From a virus: DNA of 64,000 bases. Below are positions 30,755 through 44,585 of the stretch, piece after piece (the first letter of the stretch is position 1; each line of letters starts with the position of its first letter). A model generated the notes under the pieces. It ran no database searches, was not told the origin of the DNA, and was given only the letters and a program-made list of their open reading frames with translations. The DNA lies in the IMG/VR virus record IMGVR_UViG_3300027797_000016, positions 1-64,000 of that record; one strand, written 5' to 3'. Position numbers and translations under genes: made by a program.

Positions 30755-31149
30755 CTTGTTCCTGTGATGTCCTCATAGTCTTGTAGTTTTCCTTGGATGA
30801 AATGTAATCTCAAAGTCGGCCAAGCAGTCCATTCCCCAGTCCAACCTGATCGATAAACGGATATGTATTTTGTGATGGGATGAACTTTATACTTACCTCT
30901 TTGCCCAGTTGAAATCCACTCAAAGTTAAGAAAGAGATGTTTATCACTATACCTCTCATCATCTTTTGGGATTTCTTCAAATGTTGAGGTTCCAGTGTAA
31001 TCAGGATACCATAAAAGACCTGACTTATCAAGGTAATAATGGGTCATAGTACCACCATACCCTTCTTCTATGTCTTTTGTGTTTAGTTCGGTTTCGGTAA
31101 ATTGTGGTCCAAGGTCATAGCTACTGCGTAAATAATCAAACATCCCCAT
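30751..31149 (-). CDS. Conserved phage protein (MGMFD family)
   Basis: MGMFDYL...LNTKD...F..GKL. Confidence 0.75.
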   Translation of the reverse strand: MGMFDYLRSSYDLGPQFTETELNTKDIEEGYGGTMTHYYLDKSGLLWYPDYTGTSTFEEIPKDDERYSDKHLFLNFEWISTGQRGKYKVHPITKYISVYRSGWTGEWTAWPTLRLHFIQGKLQDYEDITGTR

Positions 31150-31544
31150 CAGTCTTCCTCCTCATCATCAAGGTTAACATCATCAATCAAATCACCAACA
31201 AGGTCTTTAAGGTCATCAAACATATCTTTGGTAAATGGAACTGTCTTGACTTTACCTGTATCAATATCATCAACCATTTGTAAGAGTTCTTCTAAAAAGA
31301 ATTTGGGATAAGTTTCGTCGGTACAAATACCAGACCAGAAGTAATCATAGCACATTTGGAAAGGATCGTCATCTTTTAAAAGTTTATATGGTTTATAATT
31401 TTCTGTGATGAGGTCTCTCCACATCACAAAGTTCTCATTAAAAGACTGGAACCAAGTGGGAACCAAATGTGTGAAGATATACTCCATCCAACTCATTTTA
31501 ATCTTTTTTGTGTCTGTACCTAATAATGCTCTTGAAAATATCAT
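31149..31544 (-). CDS. Hypothetical protein directly downstream of homing endonuclease 1
   Basis: ORF track; N-terminus duplicated at 32357..32395. Confidence 0.75.
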   Translation of the reverse strand: MIFSRALLGTDTKKIKMSWMEYIFTHLVPTWFQSFNENFVMWRDLITENYKPYKLLKDDDPFQMCYDYFWSGICTDETYPKFFLEELLQMVDDIDTGKVKTVPFTKDMFDDLKDLVGDLIDDVNLDDEEED

Positions 31545-31555
31545 ATTATTATAAA

Positions 31556-32263
31556 CTAATGTTTTTTAATTCTACCTCTTTCCCAACCATCACCTGGACA
31601 TTCTACACCTCTTTTTTCAATTTGTCCATTATTCCACCATAATTTTCCTTTCATATTTTCTCTATTTTTTCCCCCAATTTTTTGTTTTGTTTCCTCCGTA
31701 TGTTTTTTTCCATACATTGCATTTTTTTCTCCTCTATTTGCTTCACTTATTTTTTTCCTAACTTCTGGTCTTTGAGAAACTCCCGCCAATCTTAATTTTT
31801 GTTTTGTTTCTTCTGTAAATTTTCTACCTAATGCTTTTTTTCTTATTTTTTCTTTTGTTTCTCCTGTGTGTTTTCTTCCTTTAGATTTTTCCCCTATCTT
31901 AATTTTTGCCTTTTCCGACAAACTCCATCCTGTTCTTTTTATATTACTTTTTATTACTGCTTGTCTTTGTGTTTCGGTAAAAATATATCCACTTACACCT
32001 TCTCCTCCACCAGTTCTATTATGGAGAATACCAGTTCCTAAATCTTTTCTACCAAAGACAGCAATCATATAGATTTCGTGCTTGAATGCTTCTTCTTCAG
32101 TAAGATTTTGTTTTAGGAATATGATACGATTTTTATCTTTAGGAACATATATTCCTTTTTGATGTTTTTCATATAATCTGTTTCCTCCACCTTTACCAAC
32201 ATAATAAGGAGTTCTGTTCTCACGCAAATATGCATAAGTATAAAATCTTTTAGGATTTACCAT
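31556..32263 (-). CDS. Free-standing homing endonuclease (GIY-YIG-like with NUMOD3 repeats)
   Basis: YTYAY...PYYVGKG, EIYMI..ILHNRT.GG, repeated HTEETK.KI, WWNNG. Confidence 0.88.
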   Translation of the reverse strand: MVNPKRFYTYAYLRENRTPYYVGKGGGNRLYEKHQKGIYVPKDKNRIIFLKQNLTEEEAFKHEIYMIAVFGRKDLGTGILHNRTGGGEGVSGYIFTETQRQAVIKSNIKRTGWSLSEKAKIKIGEKSKGRKHTGETKEKIRKKALGRKFTEETKQKLRLAGVSQRPEVRKKISEANRGEKNAMYGKKHTEETKQKIGGKNRENMKGKLWWNNGQIEKRGVECPGDGWERGRIKKH

Positions 32264-32365
32264 TTCTACTCTTAAACTGACTGCATTATTATTTATATTA
32301 AAAAGGAGTAGATTTCTCTACTCCCACCTTACAGATTGCAGTCAGTTAAGGCATCATTATTTAGT
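32264..32365 (-). promoter_or_regulatory. Dual late promoter / antisense small RNA / terminator module 1
   Basis: CTAAATA 32358-32364, arm 32337-32350, hairpin 32305-32324, TATAAATA 32290-32297, complementary arm 32271-32285. Confidence 0.8.
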
Positions 32366-35300
32366 ATTAGTACCTAAAAGTGGTTTGCTAAACATATTAA
32401 AATACTGGTAAAACTTCAACTTTTTTGCATCCTTGATATTCTACCACATTTTTCCAGAAAAAGGCACTCTCAACATCCAGAAATACTACTGATTGCTTAC
32501 TGAACTGACCTTTCTTTTTGGGTTTGAGGTAGACAACACTATATTTCATTTTATTTTTTCTCCCCATACCCATTTTGTTTCTCCTGTTGGATTTGGATGT
32601 AGTTCATAATATTCTTCCTCACCCAATCTTCTATAAACATAATGAGTTCCATCCTCTCTTTCACAAACATATTCACACTTATGTGGTGAATATAATCGTG
32701 CCTCAATTATTTTGTCTTTTAGATTTAACATCGTAATCAATTATAATTCTTTTATGTTCAGTATAAGAGTCTGTGCAGATATAACACTCTAACTTACCAC
32801 CAAGTTCTTCTACAAGTTCATTCAGTTTTTCTTTTTGTTCTTCAGTCATTTTTTGCAATCTAAGAAATAAGAATACCTTGCACTATTATCAGGTGTATAT
32901 CTTACAACATCACATTCCTTATATGCATCCACCACCTCAAACTTTTGCTCTGGTGGTGATGGTTGTGATTCTAACCAGTTCGCAGCACCATTTATAAGGA
33001 ATGAAAGTGCTGCAATTCCTACAATAATAACAATAATACTTTTCATTCTTCTACCTCCCAAGGGGATTTGCGGTTCATAAGTTTTTTCAAACTCTCTATT
33101 TGTTTTGGGTCTGGGTTGTTTATTTTTTCAACCAGGGTATCATAATCCCTCGCAGAAAGCAAGATGCGTTCTGGTTTTGCTCCCTTACCCCAGAACTTCT
33201 CAAACTCCCACTTGTAGTTCATATCCAACCACCCACCATTTAAGGAAGACCAGAATGAAACCCAGATATGATAATCATCAAATCTAAATCCCTGATGAGA
33301 CATCAAACGATACCACCACCAGAAACTTGAGTATTTTAGATAACGATTAGAGATTATCCATTTGTTTAAGAACACTGGAAGGTTCATTTTTTCCACTCAT
33401 ACATTTCACACCACCCATTACTCAATTCCGTCCAAAAAGCATTAGGAAGTTTATAAGAATACTTCATATCTCTCATCCAATATGTATATGCTTCCCAAGC
33501 ATATCCTACACCAATCCAACCACAAAGAAAGTCATACCATTTCGTATTTCTATACACAAAAAGATTATTAGTATCAAATGGGTTCCACCGAAAATAAGGT
33601 TTGAACTCATAAGAATGAAAATCTACATACTTATCGTATTCTTTTTGAGTGTAGTTCTTATATCGTTCAAAGAGGTTCATTTTCCTCCTCCCAATCAATC
33701 TCAACGGTTTCTGATTGTTCTACATTAGTATAAGGCATCGGATTACCATTCCCTGTTACATCTTCATATATTGTTTCAAACATCCAGTTACAAGCAAAAC
33801 TCTCAAATGCTTCTTGAGTTGGTTCTTCCTCAAATAGTTCTTCTGTGGGAGTGAATGTGAGAGTTCGGGTGTATGTGACTGTGACTGCTTTGAGTGGGAT
33901 TTTCATTTTAGGTTCTCCAGTTCCTGTTTGATTTGTTTGAGGTTCATTCCTGCCCAAATATCAAGGGCAATATCTGCTTTTTGAATTGCGGTCCAGAGTT
34001 TAGGATAATTCCTCCAATCCACAACATCCTCATCAATTGCTATAAGCAAATCAAGAATACAGATTTTATAGAGTTTTTCTGTTTCAGTCATTTTCCTTCC
34101 AGTTCATCAAGAATACCAGCAGCATAAGAACCAAAGTCAATCTCACCCAACGCTGTATCACCACAATACTCGGGCACATTCTCCATCATAAATTCATCAA
34201 GATAAAGAAACACACGAATTGCTCTGCGTTTATCGTGCTCGGTGATTATGGTATGAGGTTCCGCAATAGTTTTCGCAACCATATCAAAGAGTTCGTCTAT
34301 AGTAAGTTTCATTTGCTATTTGCGAATTGTGTATGAGTGTATTATAAGGCATCTGGTGGGGTTTTGGTGGGGTCTTGTGCCAGTTCGTCAGGTGTCTCAT
34401 CACTCAAAGAAATGCGGAGATTATCCCCCCCAATATGAAGGTGGAATATCCTCCCATCATTCAAGTATATTCCGCACCAATACACATCTTCCGTCATATT
34501 TTCCCAATGGACCATCTTCACATCTTCTAACACAAACTCATCAGGATTGGTAAGTCTTTCGGTCATTGATAGGGATTGGGTAGATTTTTGATGATTTCAG
34601 TAAAGAAAGCAAGACGGTCTTTGGTATAAGCGACATCAACTCCGTGTGTCTCACAGAGTTTCATAATCTTTTTACTCTTTTCGTTGTAAAAAGAATATCC
34701 CTCAAATTGCCCATACTCAACATCATCAATAAGTGATTCCTTCATCACCTCAAATAACTGAAATAATTCTTGTTGAGAGAGTTCTACTTGTCGTCCAGTT
34801 TGTTGGTGCCCGTTGAATGTGATTTTCATTTCAATTTACTCCATACAATTCCAAAATCCTTTTCGCAACAACAATAGAAAGTTCTTTGTTCCCAATAGAC
34901 ATATCTTCGGTGATGTTTTTAGAACCTTCTTCAAGTCCTCGTTCTCCAGATTTTATGTAAACTCCACCATTATCTGCTTGGAGTTCCACCCGATAAGTCA
35001 TTCCTTCTGCCTCATCAGTATATTCGTAGCAGTCGGTGGTACTATGAAGAATTTGAGTTCCGGGAACGATATTGTAAGGTTGAAAAGTCATTAGGTTTCT
35101 GTGTGTATGAGTGTATTATAATGCATCCAAGTCACCACCGGGTCTTTCGTGTGCCTCTTTCATAAGTGTCTCCGTTCTCTTGAGGAACTCATTACCTTGT
35201 GCTTCAATCAAATCGGCAAGGTTATTCAAATCTTCTACTGGAATACTGTCCTTCATACCATACTTACGGGCAAAGGCATAGATTGCTGATTTTAATGCGA

Positions 35301-35474
35301 GAGATTGTAAATGTTCCATAGAAATTGGACCTCCGTGTGGAAGACCAGCACAAGTATCGTTGTAGTATTCGTTATATCGATCCAACAAAAGCATTTTCTT
35401 TCATCAAGATAAATCAATTATACAACAAAAGGCACCTAAAATCAAGTGCCCTTGTGCCAGTTCTTCAAGCGTCC

Positions 35475-36254
35475 TTATGATATTCTAACTCTTTTGGAAG
35501 TATCTATTCCCCGTGCCCTTTGGTATTTTGCGAGATTACCAGCGTTTGTAATAAATCCAGTTTCTGTACACATCCATCTATGAGAATTTGCTTTTTTGCT
35601 ATTAATACTTCGTTCCTCAAAAGTAAGTGAATGAACTCCTATACCATCTTCATAACATTTTTTTCCTATTTCTCTTCTCTCTTCAATTGTTAAAGAATGT
35701 ATTCCTACACCATTTTCATAATTTTTTATTCCTATTTCTCTCAATTGTTCAGTAGTAAAGGAATGAACTCCTACACCATCTTCATAACATTTTTTTCCTA
35801 TTTCTCTTTTCTCTTCAATTGTTAAAGAATGTATTCCCTTCCCATCTTCATAACTTTTTTGTCCTATTTTTTTGCTTAATTCACTTCTTTCTTCTTGTGT
35901 TAAAGAAAAACAAGCATTTTTATTTTTATAAAGATTTTTTCCATTTTTTCTTCTTGTATCTAACGAAAAATTTCCACTACAACTTTCATTTAAGCACCAC
36001 TTATCAACATTATAAAATGGTTTTATTAATTGCCCCTCAATTTTTTGTGCGTGTTTCCAACCTTCATCAGTATAATCAAAAAGTTGTAATGTTTGTTTCT
36101 TTGGAGTATAAAGTTCCCAACACCACTTATGAGTTTTAGGAGAACCCACATAGTACTCACCAAACTTTTTCTCCTTATGAACTCCATAATAATAATACAA
36201 AACTTCCTCAAAGGTAATTTTATATGTGTATATTCTTGGACTTTGTGAAGTCAT
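35475..36254 (-). CDS. Free-standing homing endonuclease (Seg-like GIY-YIG with tandem repeats)
   Basis: IYTYKIT...YYYGVH...YVGS, CLNE; about five GIHSLT.EE.REIGKK repeats. Confidence 0.85.
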   Translation of the reverse strand: MTSQSPRIYTYKITFEEVLYYYYGVHKEKKFGEYYVGSPKTHKWCWELYTPKKQTLQLFDYTDEGWKHAQKIEGQLIKPFYNVDKWCLNESCSGNFSLDTRRKNGKNLYKNKNACFSLTQEERSELSKKIGQKSYEDGKGIHSLTIEEKREIGKKCYEDGVGVHSFTTEQLREIGIKNYENGVGIHSLTIEERREIGKKCYEDGIGVHSLTFEERSINSKKANSHRWMCTETGFITNAGNLAKYQRARGIDTSKRVRIS

Positions 36255-36360
36255 AGTTCTGCTTTATGGTGTGTCGTATTACTATTTATACAAGAAAAGG
36301 TGCCCGAAAGCACCTAATCTCCGCTTCTGGTTACGACACACATAAGCATCTTTATTTATG
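36255..36360 (-). promoter_or_regulatory. Dual late promoter / antisense small RNA / terminator module 2
   Basis: ATAAATA 36353-36359, arm 36332-36347, hairpin 36298-36315, TATAAATA 36283-36290, complementary arm 36261-36278. Confidence 0.8.
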
Positions 36361-39300
36361 AGTAATTGTAATGTAAATGTGTTTCCCAAGTAAAGAATGG
36401 TTGGTCACGACGAGCAATCATTTCTACAATATAATCCGGAACCAGTTTACCATACTTTTCCATAAATTCATCTTCTGTTGGTTGTTCCAATCCTTGCATA
36501 TAATAATCAGCACCTTCACCAACAAACTTCTCAAAATAACAAAGGTCGTGGTCTTTATCACCAATCGGTAGATAGTTACGGCAAATCTTCAACCAATAAA
36601 ACCTACCTTCCCCAGTCGCAACATAATCAATAGCAAAGAACCTGTAAAATGGTCTTTTATTTTCTGCTTCTCTTTCGGCAGCAATATCAAGCATTTCATC
36701 AAGTGTAAGGTCAGTCATAATGCCTCCAATTCATCAGCAAGTTTAAGAATGTCTTTTACATTTACAACACCAATTCCGTGGTCTCCATCTACACTAAAGT
36801 TCCAGTATGAAAGTTCTGTTACTAATGTTCTCAATACGGCAGCAAACTCATAATGTGTTTTTTTAACCATAGGGTCTCTACCCTCACGAATAAGTTTCCC
36901 AAGAGTGGGAGAACCTTCGGCAACATTTCGTGCTGCTGCTATAATTTTTTGTGCTGTTTCAGTCATTCAGTTTCTCCGCAAGTTCTTCTGTGGTGTATTT
37001 TTCTCCATCAAAATTGAAAAAGGTTCTATCTTTTCCAAGAACTTGATGTTCGTAATAAGTTTTTCCAGAGACTTGTGGAAACTCACCATTCACTTTTTCT
37101 TTTATATAGTTGATGTCTCCAATATAGTCGTCACAATCAAGACTACCCGTAAATTGTTTTGGATGATTGTTCATAAACTTCACAGTTGCTTCTACCAAAC
37201 TCATATCAGGTTTTGTGGATACTAACTGAAATCCAAAGCGGGCAAGTAGTTTGTTGAATAGGTCAATCATTTTCCCCGACCTTCATTTTAGTAATAACAT
37301 AATGAAATTGAGGTTTGCCTTCCTCATCCAAAATATCCTCTCCAGGACACATATAAAAGATGATTTTAGCACCACTCGCAAGTTGTTCTTCAATACCTTC
37401 CATCGTTCTATATGTTCCAGTTCTCATATATTCTGGAAGTGAATTGAATGCGTCCTCAAGGATTTTTATTTGTTCTTGTGTAAGGTTTCTTTCAGTCATT
37501 AGAGTTTCTCCAGTTCATCTCTCAATTTAGCAAGTTCTTTTACATCAATAATAGAATAATATGAATCTTGTGGATTTGGATATTGTGTAAGTCGAATTAT
37601 AATTTCTGTGATACTTTGGCAAAGTGCTTCTTTCATATCATCTGTTGGTTCTTGTCTAAGTCCTCCACAAAACTCATCCCAAACTAATTGTGCTCTTTTG
37701 AGGTCAGTCATTTTTCTAACCTTTCAGTAATATTTTCAAAAGAACTATAATCATAAGAAGTTGGTTGTCCCATTCTCAATTTCCCATCAGTATAAGAATG
37801 TTTATGAATTACCATCTTCCCCCCAAGTCCAACGAAGTCAATCAGTATTCTATCACATTCATAGAATTCTTTGAGATATTGTGATACTTTTACATAATCT
37901 ATGGGTTTAGCAGTCATTTTTCTGTTTTTCCATAAGTTCTTTCAATTTTTGTTTAGCATAATCCGTGAGTTCTCTTTTTGACTTTCTCAACTCGTCAATT
38001 TCACTTTGAGATAGAAGGAACCCGTCTGGGATATTCCCGTATTCTTCACTCATCTCTTATATCCTTGAACCATTGGGCGAATTTAATCCATTCTTTATCA
38101 TTAAATGCTTCTGAACGATTGGCAGCACTGTAATCTTGGTTCCCATTTTCAGCACAAAATTTATGAAATGCGTGTTTAATCTCACACATCATAAGGTATC
38201 GGTGCATATTAACCATTTCGCATATTTGGGCATCAGTCATACTTCCCACGCATAAGATTTCAGGAGTTCGTTGTCTCTTTCAAGTGTCTCAATTTTATCA
38301 TACAAATCGTCAATAATTTCAATCAAAGCACAATAGTCAATACTTTCAATATCAGCACCATTTTCCATATCGGCATAGGTGTAATAAGACAATTGCTGTT
38401 TTAGGTTGCGTTCAGTCATTTGTTTTTTTGTTTCTCAAAGTATTCAGTAAGTCCTTCAACTGCTCCAATAGAAAAGGCAATCCAACCTGGAGACAATACC
38501 CAAATCCAACTCCAATCAATAGTGTGAGTTAGTTTAGCACAAATAAAAAGAAAGAGCAAACTTTCAAAAATGCCGATTTTGAGTTTGCCGATTTTGATTG
38601 GGTTCATTTCAGTTGTCCTCCTTCAAACGAATATTGCCTTCAGTATCACCACACATAGAATAGAAAGCATCTTCAGCAATAGAACGCAAGAATGTATCAT
38701 AGTCATTTTGTGTGGGTTCCCCTTCTTGTCCGGATGTTTCCTCTTCCCACATTTTCAAGAAATCATCTACGGAAAGTGTGAATTCACGGGGAATGTATGC
38801 GACTTTGGGAATGATGTGATTAGTCATAATGTGTTTGTGTATGAGTGTATTATACAGGATTTCCGTCAATAAACATAGGGTGATTTGGATAAGAACTCCT
38901 AACCATCATCACCCTAATCATAAGAGAACCATAACTCCCAGATTGTTTCATAGGAGTTCCCTTTCTGGTGTGGTTCCAAGATAGAACAGACATAATCAAT
39001 CTCCAAGACTACCAGACCTTACACTATCCACACCAGATAACCACCCATCATTATAACCATTTTTACCACCATCTTCCCATCCATCATCATAACCAACACC
39101 ATATGCTTTATCAGCAACCGCAAGAGCAAACTTTACAGCAACCTCACGAAAGGCATTATTCATAGCACCAGTCATAACACCAGCACCAAGAGTATTCATT
39201 CCAAACTGGGTTCCATCACCCCAGAGTTCAATAAGTTCTTGTTCAGTCATCAGGTGTTTGTGTGTATGAGACTATTATAAGGCATCCAGAGGCACCCAGA

Positions 39301-41576
39301 GCATCCCCTGTGCCAGTTCTTCAAGTGTCCTCACCCAAGTTCTTATAAATCGCATCCATCCATATCTTATCAAAATATTTCCTGTCTTCATCAGTAATCA
39401 TATTTGCTCTCATATACTCTTCAAGTGTGATGTTATTATCATCCAAGTATTTTTGGAGTTCTTCAAGGTTTATAGACATAAACCTCAAAGGTTATTTTAT
39501 TCATATGGTCTCCAAATTCCATATTCATACTTACTACCTGTGCTTTTCCTGTTTGGATTTGTCCTGCTACTTGTTGAAAAGAAGTTTTCAAATCATCAAG
39601 GTCATAAGATTTGAGTATTGGAGGTTTTGATTTCTTCAGTTCATCTGCAAATGTTTCTTCACCCTCATAATCTTCTATTCTTGGAAATTTTGGTTTCTCT
39701 TTCTTTCCGTAAAGTTCCTCATATTTTTGTAGTAAAGGGTTCATCATTCTAAAATAATATCACAACCATCGTTTCGTAAGTTCAACGACCACACAGATTT
39801 TACCACATTTGATAGATTATTACCAACACTCATCCACACCTCAAAATCCTCACCATACTCATTTGTATCAGGAAGAACACTCAAGATTTCTTTGAGTTCC
39901 CGAATGGTGAGTGCGTCAGTTGTGAATGGTTGGTTTCTTATATCAGTCATTTCTCACACCGATGTAATGGAATACGAAGAAACTGAAAGAACCTTCCAGT
40001 CCATCCTATCATATCTCCACATTTAGGACAACAATACGATGGGTAGGTCATTTCAATCCAATCAGTTTAGCAAAATCAGGAGTGATAGTAAGGTTTTGTT
40101 CTCTTACAAGATTACGAACTTCCTTACGAAGATTTATCCACTTGCTGTAGTAATCTTGTGATGCTTTTTGTGCTCTGTTTTTAGCATCAAAGTCGCACTG
40201 GTGCTCGTAAGTTCTGGTTTCGTAGTATCTCATTTTTCATCCACCCAGAAAAATCCAAGAAGATTTTTCATACAAAAACGGATTACAAAATTCGGTTTAG
40301 TCGGCATATAATACCTGAAAGACCTACAATTACCGAATGTATAATATCCTTCGTGGTCATTTCCTTGTTTAATTACAAAACTGGAAGTAATATTACTACC
40401 AGTCGCAATAAGGTTAGAATATGTAAGTTTAGGTGGAAATTGTCCGTGTTCCTTCGCATACTCAAAGTTATCAATAATTCTATTGAACTTTGTATCATAC
40501 AAAGTTTCAGCAATATACTTTGACTTATAAAAACTATTCTTTGTTCTCTCAATCAAATCATCAATCTTCTCATCCAATTCTTGCGATATTTCTTCCAGAG
40601 TTTTACAAGGTTCAGGTATATCAAGATAATCTTTGATTACATCAAAATACTCATAATCTTCGGTGAAATAAAAACAACCAAGAATATAAGGAAGAACACT
40701 TTGAGGTGCTCCTTTCAGTTTCTCTGGATTGAGTTTATATCCTGATGGTCCTATTTTTAGTGTTGGTTCAGTCATTTCAAATACCTGCGTCAGCATCAAT
40801 AGTGAATTCTGCTTTGTCTGTGATAATCTCTACACTCATATCATTCATAATGTCGGCAATCAAATCCCTTACCCTCTCCCTTGACTTGTGAGTATATACT
40901 CCATTCCAGTTTGATACCATTAGAGAGTGGTTGAAAGTATCAATAATAACTGCAAGTTCGTGTGCTGTGATTTTCATTTGTTCTTCACCCAGTTACAATC
41001 AAAAAATACTTTAGACCAGAACCTTACCCAAGCATTAGGAACTTTACCTTCTTGTGGCACCCAAGTCATAGGAGAAAAACTAGCATCACCACCAAACGCA
41101 TAACAAGTCCAGTTAGATAGTTTTGGTTGTGTGATAGTATATGTGTTTGATTTATTGTAATCAGCAGGAAAAGTATATTCAGTATATTCAGTCATCGTAT
41201 TCCAATTTTGAGAGTGCCTTTCAGTTCATTATAAAGTCCATTCAATCCCTGTCTCCTATCATTATCAGTTACATCAAGAATATGATACAATAGTCGTGCC
41301 TGTTCTTCGTCCAGTGTGATTTTGTAGTTCTTTTGAATTTCAATCATTTTGGGCAGTGGAGAAAATATTTGTATTCAGAAAGCATATTATATTGCCATTG
41401 AACTAAATCACAACCTTTGTATTCACTGACAACTGTAAAAGTTCCATGTTTCTCAACTGGTTCTGCAACTGCTTGTGCTTCTGGTTGTTTGAAACTCTCA
41501 AGAATAGCAGGCACCATAAAATACAGACAAGCAAGACAAAATCCAGTAAGTAATCCAAGTGCGTATTGTGGGTATC

Positions 41577-42326
41577 TCATCGTAGTTTCCTCTTGATTTT
41601 ATTGAGACAATCGTTGAAACCTTCTACAGTACACTCAACATAAGCATTTTGAGACCCAGCGGCAGATTGTTCTTTCGGCAACCATTCTTCAATGGCATCC
41701 ACAAGTTCCTGAAGTGATGTTTCTTTCTTGGTGAATGTATCATCCCACCAGTCAGCAATCACATCATAAAGAGTTTGTGGTTTGGTAGATGAAACTACAC
41801 CTTGCTTGACTGCTTCCCTGAATGCTTCTTTCAATCCATCAGCAACTTGCTCTGGTGTTTGAGGTTTCAAACAATCTAATGGGTCTTTATCTGGATTTTC
41901 TTCACACCATTTCTTACTCTCACGAACAGCATCTTTTATTTGTTGTCCTTTCCCATAAGTAAATACCGCCCACCTAAACCAAGCAGCAGGAGAAAGTTCA
42001 TAATAACCATCACTCAAATATCCACTCAACTTTTCACCAAAACGAAGAGCAACAGATTTCCATTCATTATCTTCTTGTTCTTCTTGAACTTTTTCCATTA
42101 CTTCCTTTGCGGTAGAGATTGCGTAAGCAAACTCATATCCTGCTTGGAAACCTTGCCACCTTGTATCATCATACTGGGAGTCAGTTTCTAATTCAGGATA
42201 TTGCCCCCACCAATCTTTGTAGCATTCTTCTACTGGTGATTTTGTTCGTTGCTGTTCTTCAAGTTTTTGTAGTTTCTCTTGGAGAATAGCAATATCCTCT
42301 TTGAGTTGTTGAATAGTTTCAGTCAT
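41577..42326 (-). CDS. Mosaic hypothetical protein
   Basis: Contains modules shared with 44315 (PQTP..V..GL) and 51805 (G(F/Y)N.C). Confidence 0.7.
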   Translation of the reverse strand: MTETIQQLKEDIAILQEKLQKLEEQQRTKSPVEECYKDWWGQYPELETDSQYDDTRWQGFQAGYEFAYAISTAKEVMEKVQEEQEDNEWKSVALRFGEKLSGYLSDGYYELSPAAWFRWAVFTYGKGQQIKDAVRESKKWCEENPDKDPLDCLKPQTPEQVADGLKEAFREAVKQGVVSSTKPQTLYDVIADWWDDTFTKKETSLQELVDAIEEWLPKEQSAAGSQNAYVECTVEGFNDCLNKIKRKLR

Positions 42327-43505
42327 TTCAAGTTCTCCCTTGCTTTGCGAGCAGTATCATAAAGTTCCCGAAGTCGTTGCGACCTCTCCTCTCGTTTTTT
42401 GACTTGTTCTGGACTATTATGCCACACACTATCAGTTCCGTGTAAAGGGCAATCTGGATTGAGGTTTTGAGTGTTTGAAGTTTTGGTTCCTATTTGAATG
42501 TAGGAACAGGTGCATTTGGTAGTCATACATCCTCCATATCAAAACTCATATCATATTTTGGTAGTGGTTGTCCTGCTACATTATAGCACCAATCACAAAA
42601 GTTCATACTCTCTACCATATCAACATCCCATCCACAACACTCCACAGCACTATGAAGTGTGGAAAGAAACTCTGGTGTGAGAAGTTCTTTGAGTTCTTGT
42701 TTCGTCATCGGTTCATCCAGTCTCTCAAATCAACAATTTCATACCAGTCATACCTATACTTTTGTTTTGATATTTCCTCCCATTTTTCTTTTGCTTCCTC
42801 TTTGGTTTCGTAGCATTCAATCCAATCATCAGTATAGGCAGAAGGATAATAGTTGTCTCCAGCAATCAATAGATAAGGTTTCATCGTTCAGCAACCACAT
42901 CGTTGATAGTGAGCAAAATCACTCAAACTGGTGCTACCATATTCTACAACACCATCAAGTAAGCAAAGGTAGTTCATTTCAGTTGCTCCAAGCAAATAGA
43001 ACAGAGACAATCATCAGTTTTAGGAACTCTAAACATAATATGGTTTCCAGAGCAACAATCTCTATCACCACATTTTCTACATTCATCACAAACCCACTCC
43101 TTTTGATTACGACATTTTACGAAATCTTCAAGAGTGTATTGTTGGAGAATAGAAGTCATTCTAATACATCAGTAAGTTTGTTATACATCCAAGAGATTAT
43201 GAGTGCCTGTCCCCAAGTAAGAGGAAAGAAAGATACAAGTGCCCAACCCATCAATCCCACAAAAATATAAAATCCAATTGTTTCACCAATCTCTTGTTTA
43301 GTCATTTGAGGTTCCTCATCAATCGTGCGTAAGAATAATTCCAAGTAGAAGGGTCTTCTGGGTCAAAAGGGTTCTTGTATTCTTTTGGTTCATAAGGTTC
43401 TGGTGTATATTGGAAGAATTTAGAAGCAATATAAGAACCAAGACAAGGAAACAGAAAGCAAAGAAGAGCAGATGTAAGGGTCATCAGGGTTGTTTGTGTA
43501 TGAAA

Positions 43506-43566
43506 CTATTATAAGGCATCAGGGCACCGAGTTCAAGTGCCCTGTGCCGGTTCTTCAAGTGTCCCC
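43506..43566 (-). promoter_or_regulatory. Early promoter cassette (stem-loop subtype), representative copy
   Basis: GGGACAC..CCGGCACA boxes, TTGAAC-17-TATAAT; AGGGCAC/GTGCCCT inverted repeat around -35. Confidence 0.88.
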
Positions 43567-44585
43567 AACAGAGTTGAGAGCAAGACCAATTCTACTAATT
43601 TTATTTTCTAAACTATTGTAATACTGATAAACATAATTATCATCAAGATTATCATTTTTTGCTTTCCTCACAAGAGCAAGCAAATCGTTAATCTCATAAT
43701 TACTAAAGGGTTCTACCGTCCATTCACCGATAGATACAACTTTTTTAGTCATCAGGTGTCTTTGTGTGTATGAATGTATTATAAGGCATCTGGTGCCCCT
43801 GTGGAGTGGTGTCTGTGCCAGTTCGTCAAGTGTCCTCTGCTCTTCAAGGATTATTTCAAAAATCATTCTGGTGTAGCTTTCTGTTGCTCCCCAGTGTCTT
43901 GCTAATCTTATAATGTCTTTATGTTTATTAGTCATCCCCATAAACCTCAAAGATAATTTTTGCTCCACCCATTACATCCCTTTCCATACTCATACTCAAC
44001 ACCTGTGCCCTACTAGTTTGGAGTTGTTCTGCTACTTGTTGAAAAGATACTTTCAAGTCATTAGGGTCATAACATTTTGCGAGTTTTCGTAGTTTTGATT
44101 TCTCTACTGGTTTTGGAGGTTCTGGTGGTTTTGGATTATGGATTTCATTATATTTTTCAATTAGTGGATTAGTCATTTTCTTTACAATACCTTTGATATT
44201 CCCAATGATGAACCATTTCTACAAGGTCTTTGGTAACTAAACAATCTTCATTATCTTTAATTTTATCCCAATCAATAGGATTTTTTTCACTCCATTCTTC
44301 GTAGGTTAGTTTAGTCATTTGTTCTTCACCCAGTTACAATCTAAAAATACTTTCATAAAAAACCTCACCCAAGCATTAGGAACTTTACCTTCTTCTGGTG
44401 TCCAAGTGATAGAAGAAAATGAGGCATTACCACCAAAAAGGTAGCAGGTATAGTTAGATTGTTTTGGTTGGTGAATAAAAAGATAATCGTTGGGAATTGG
44501 GAATACACCATCTTCCTTTGCTTGTTTCATAGCACCACGAAGTCCAGCATCTACTTCATCTGGTGTTTGTGGCGTTGGTTGATAT

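Noticed and set aside
43555-43968. ORF-track N-terminal extensions through promoter cassettes (also 49736, 52834, 16307, 55490)
   Set aside because: Extensions translate the promoter itself (e.g. MPYNTLIH); true starts are the downstream ATG after the leader
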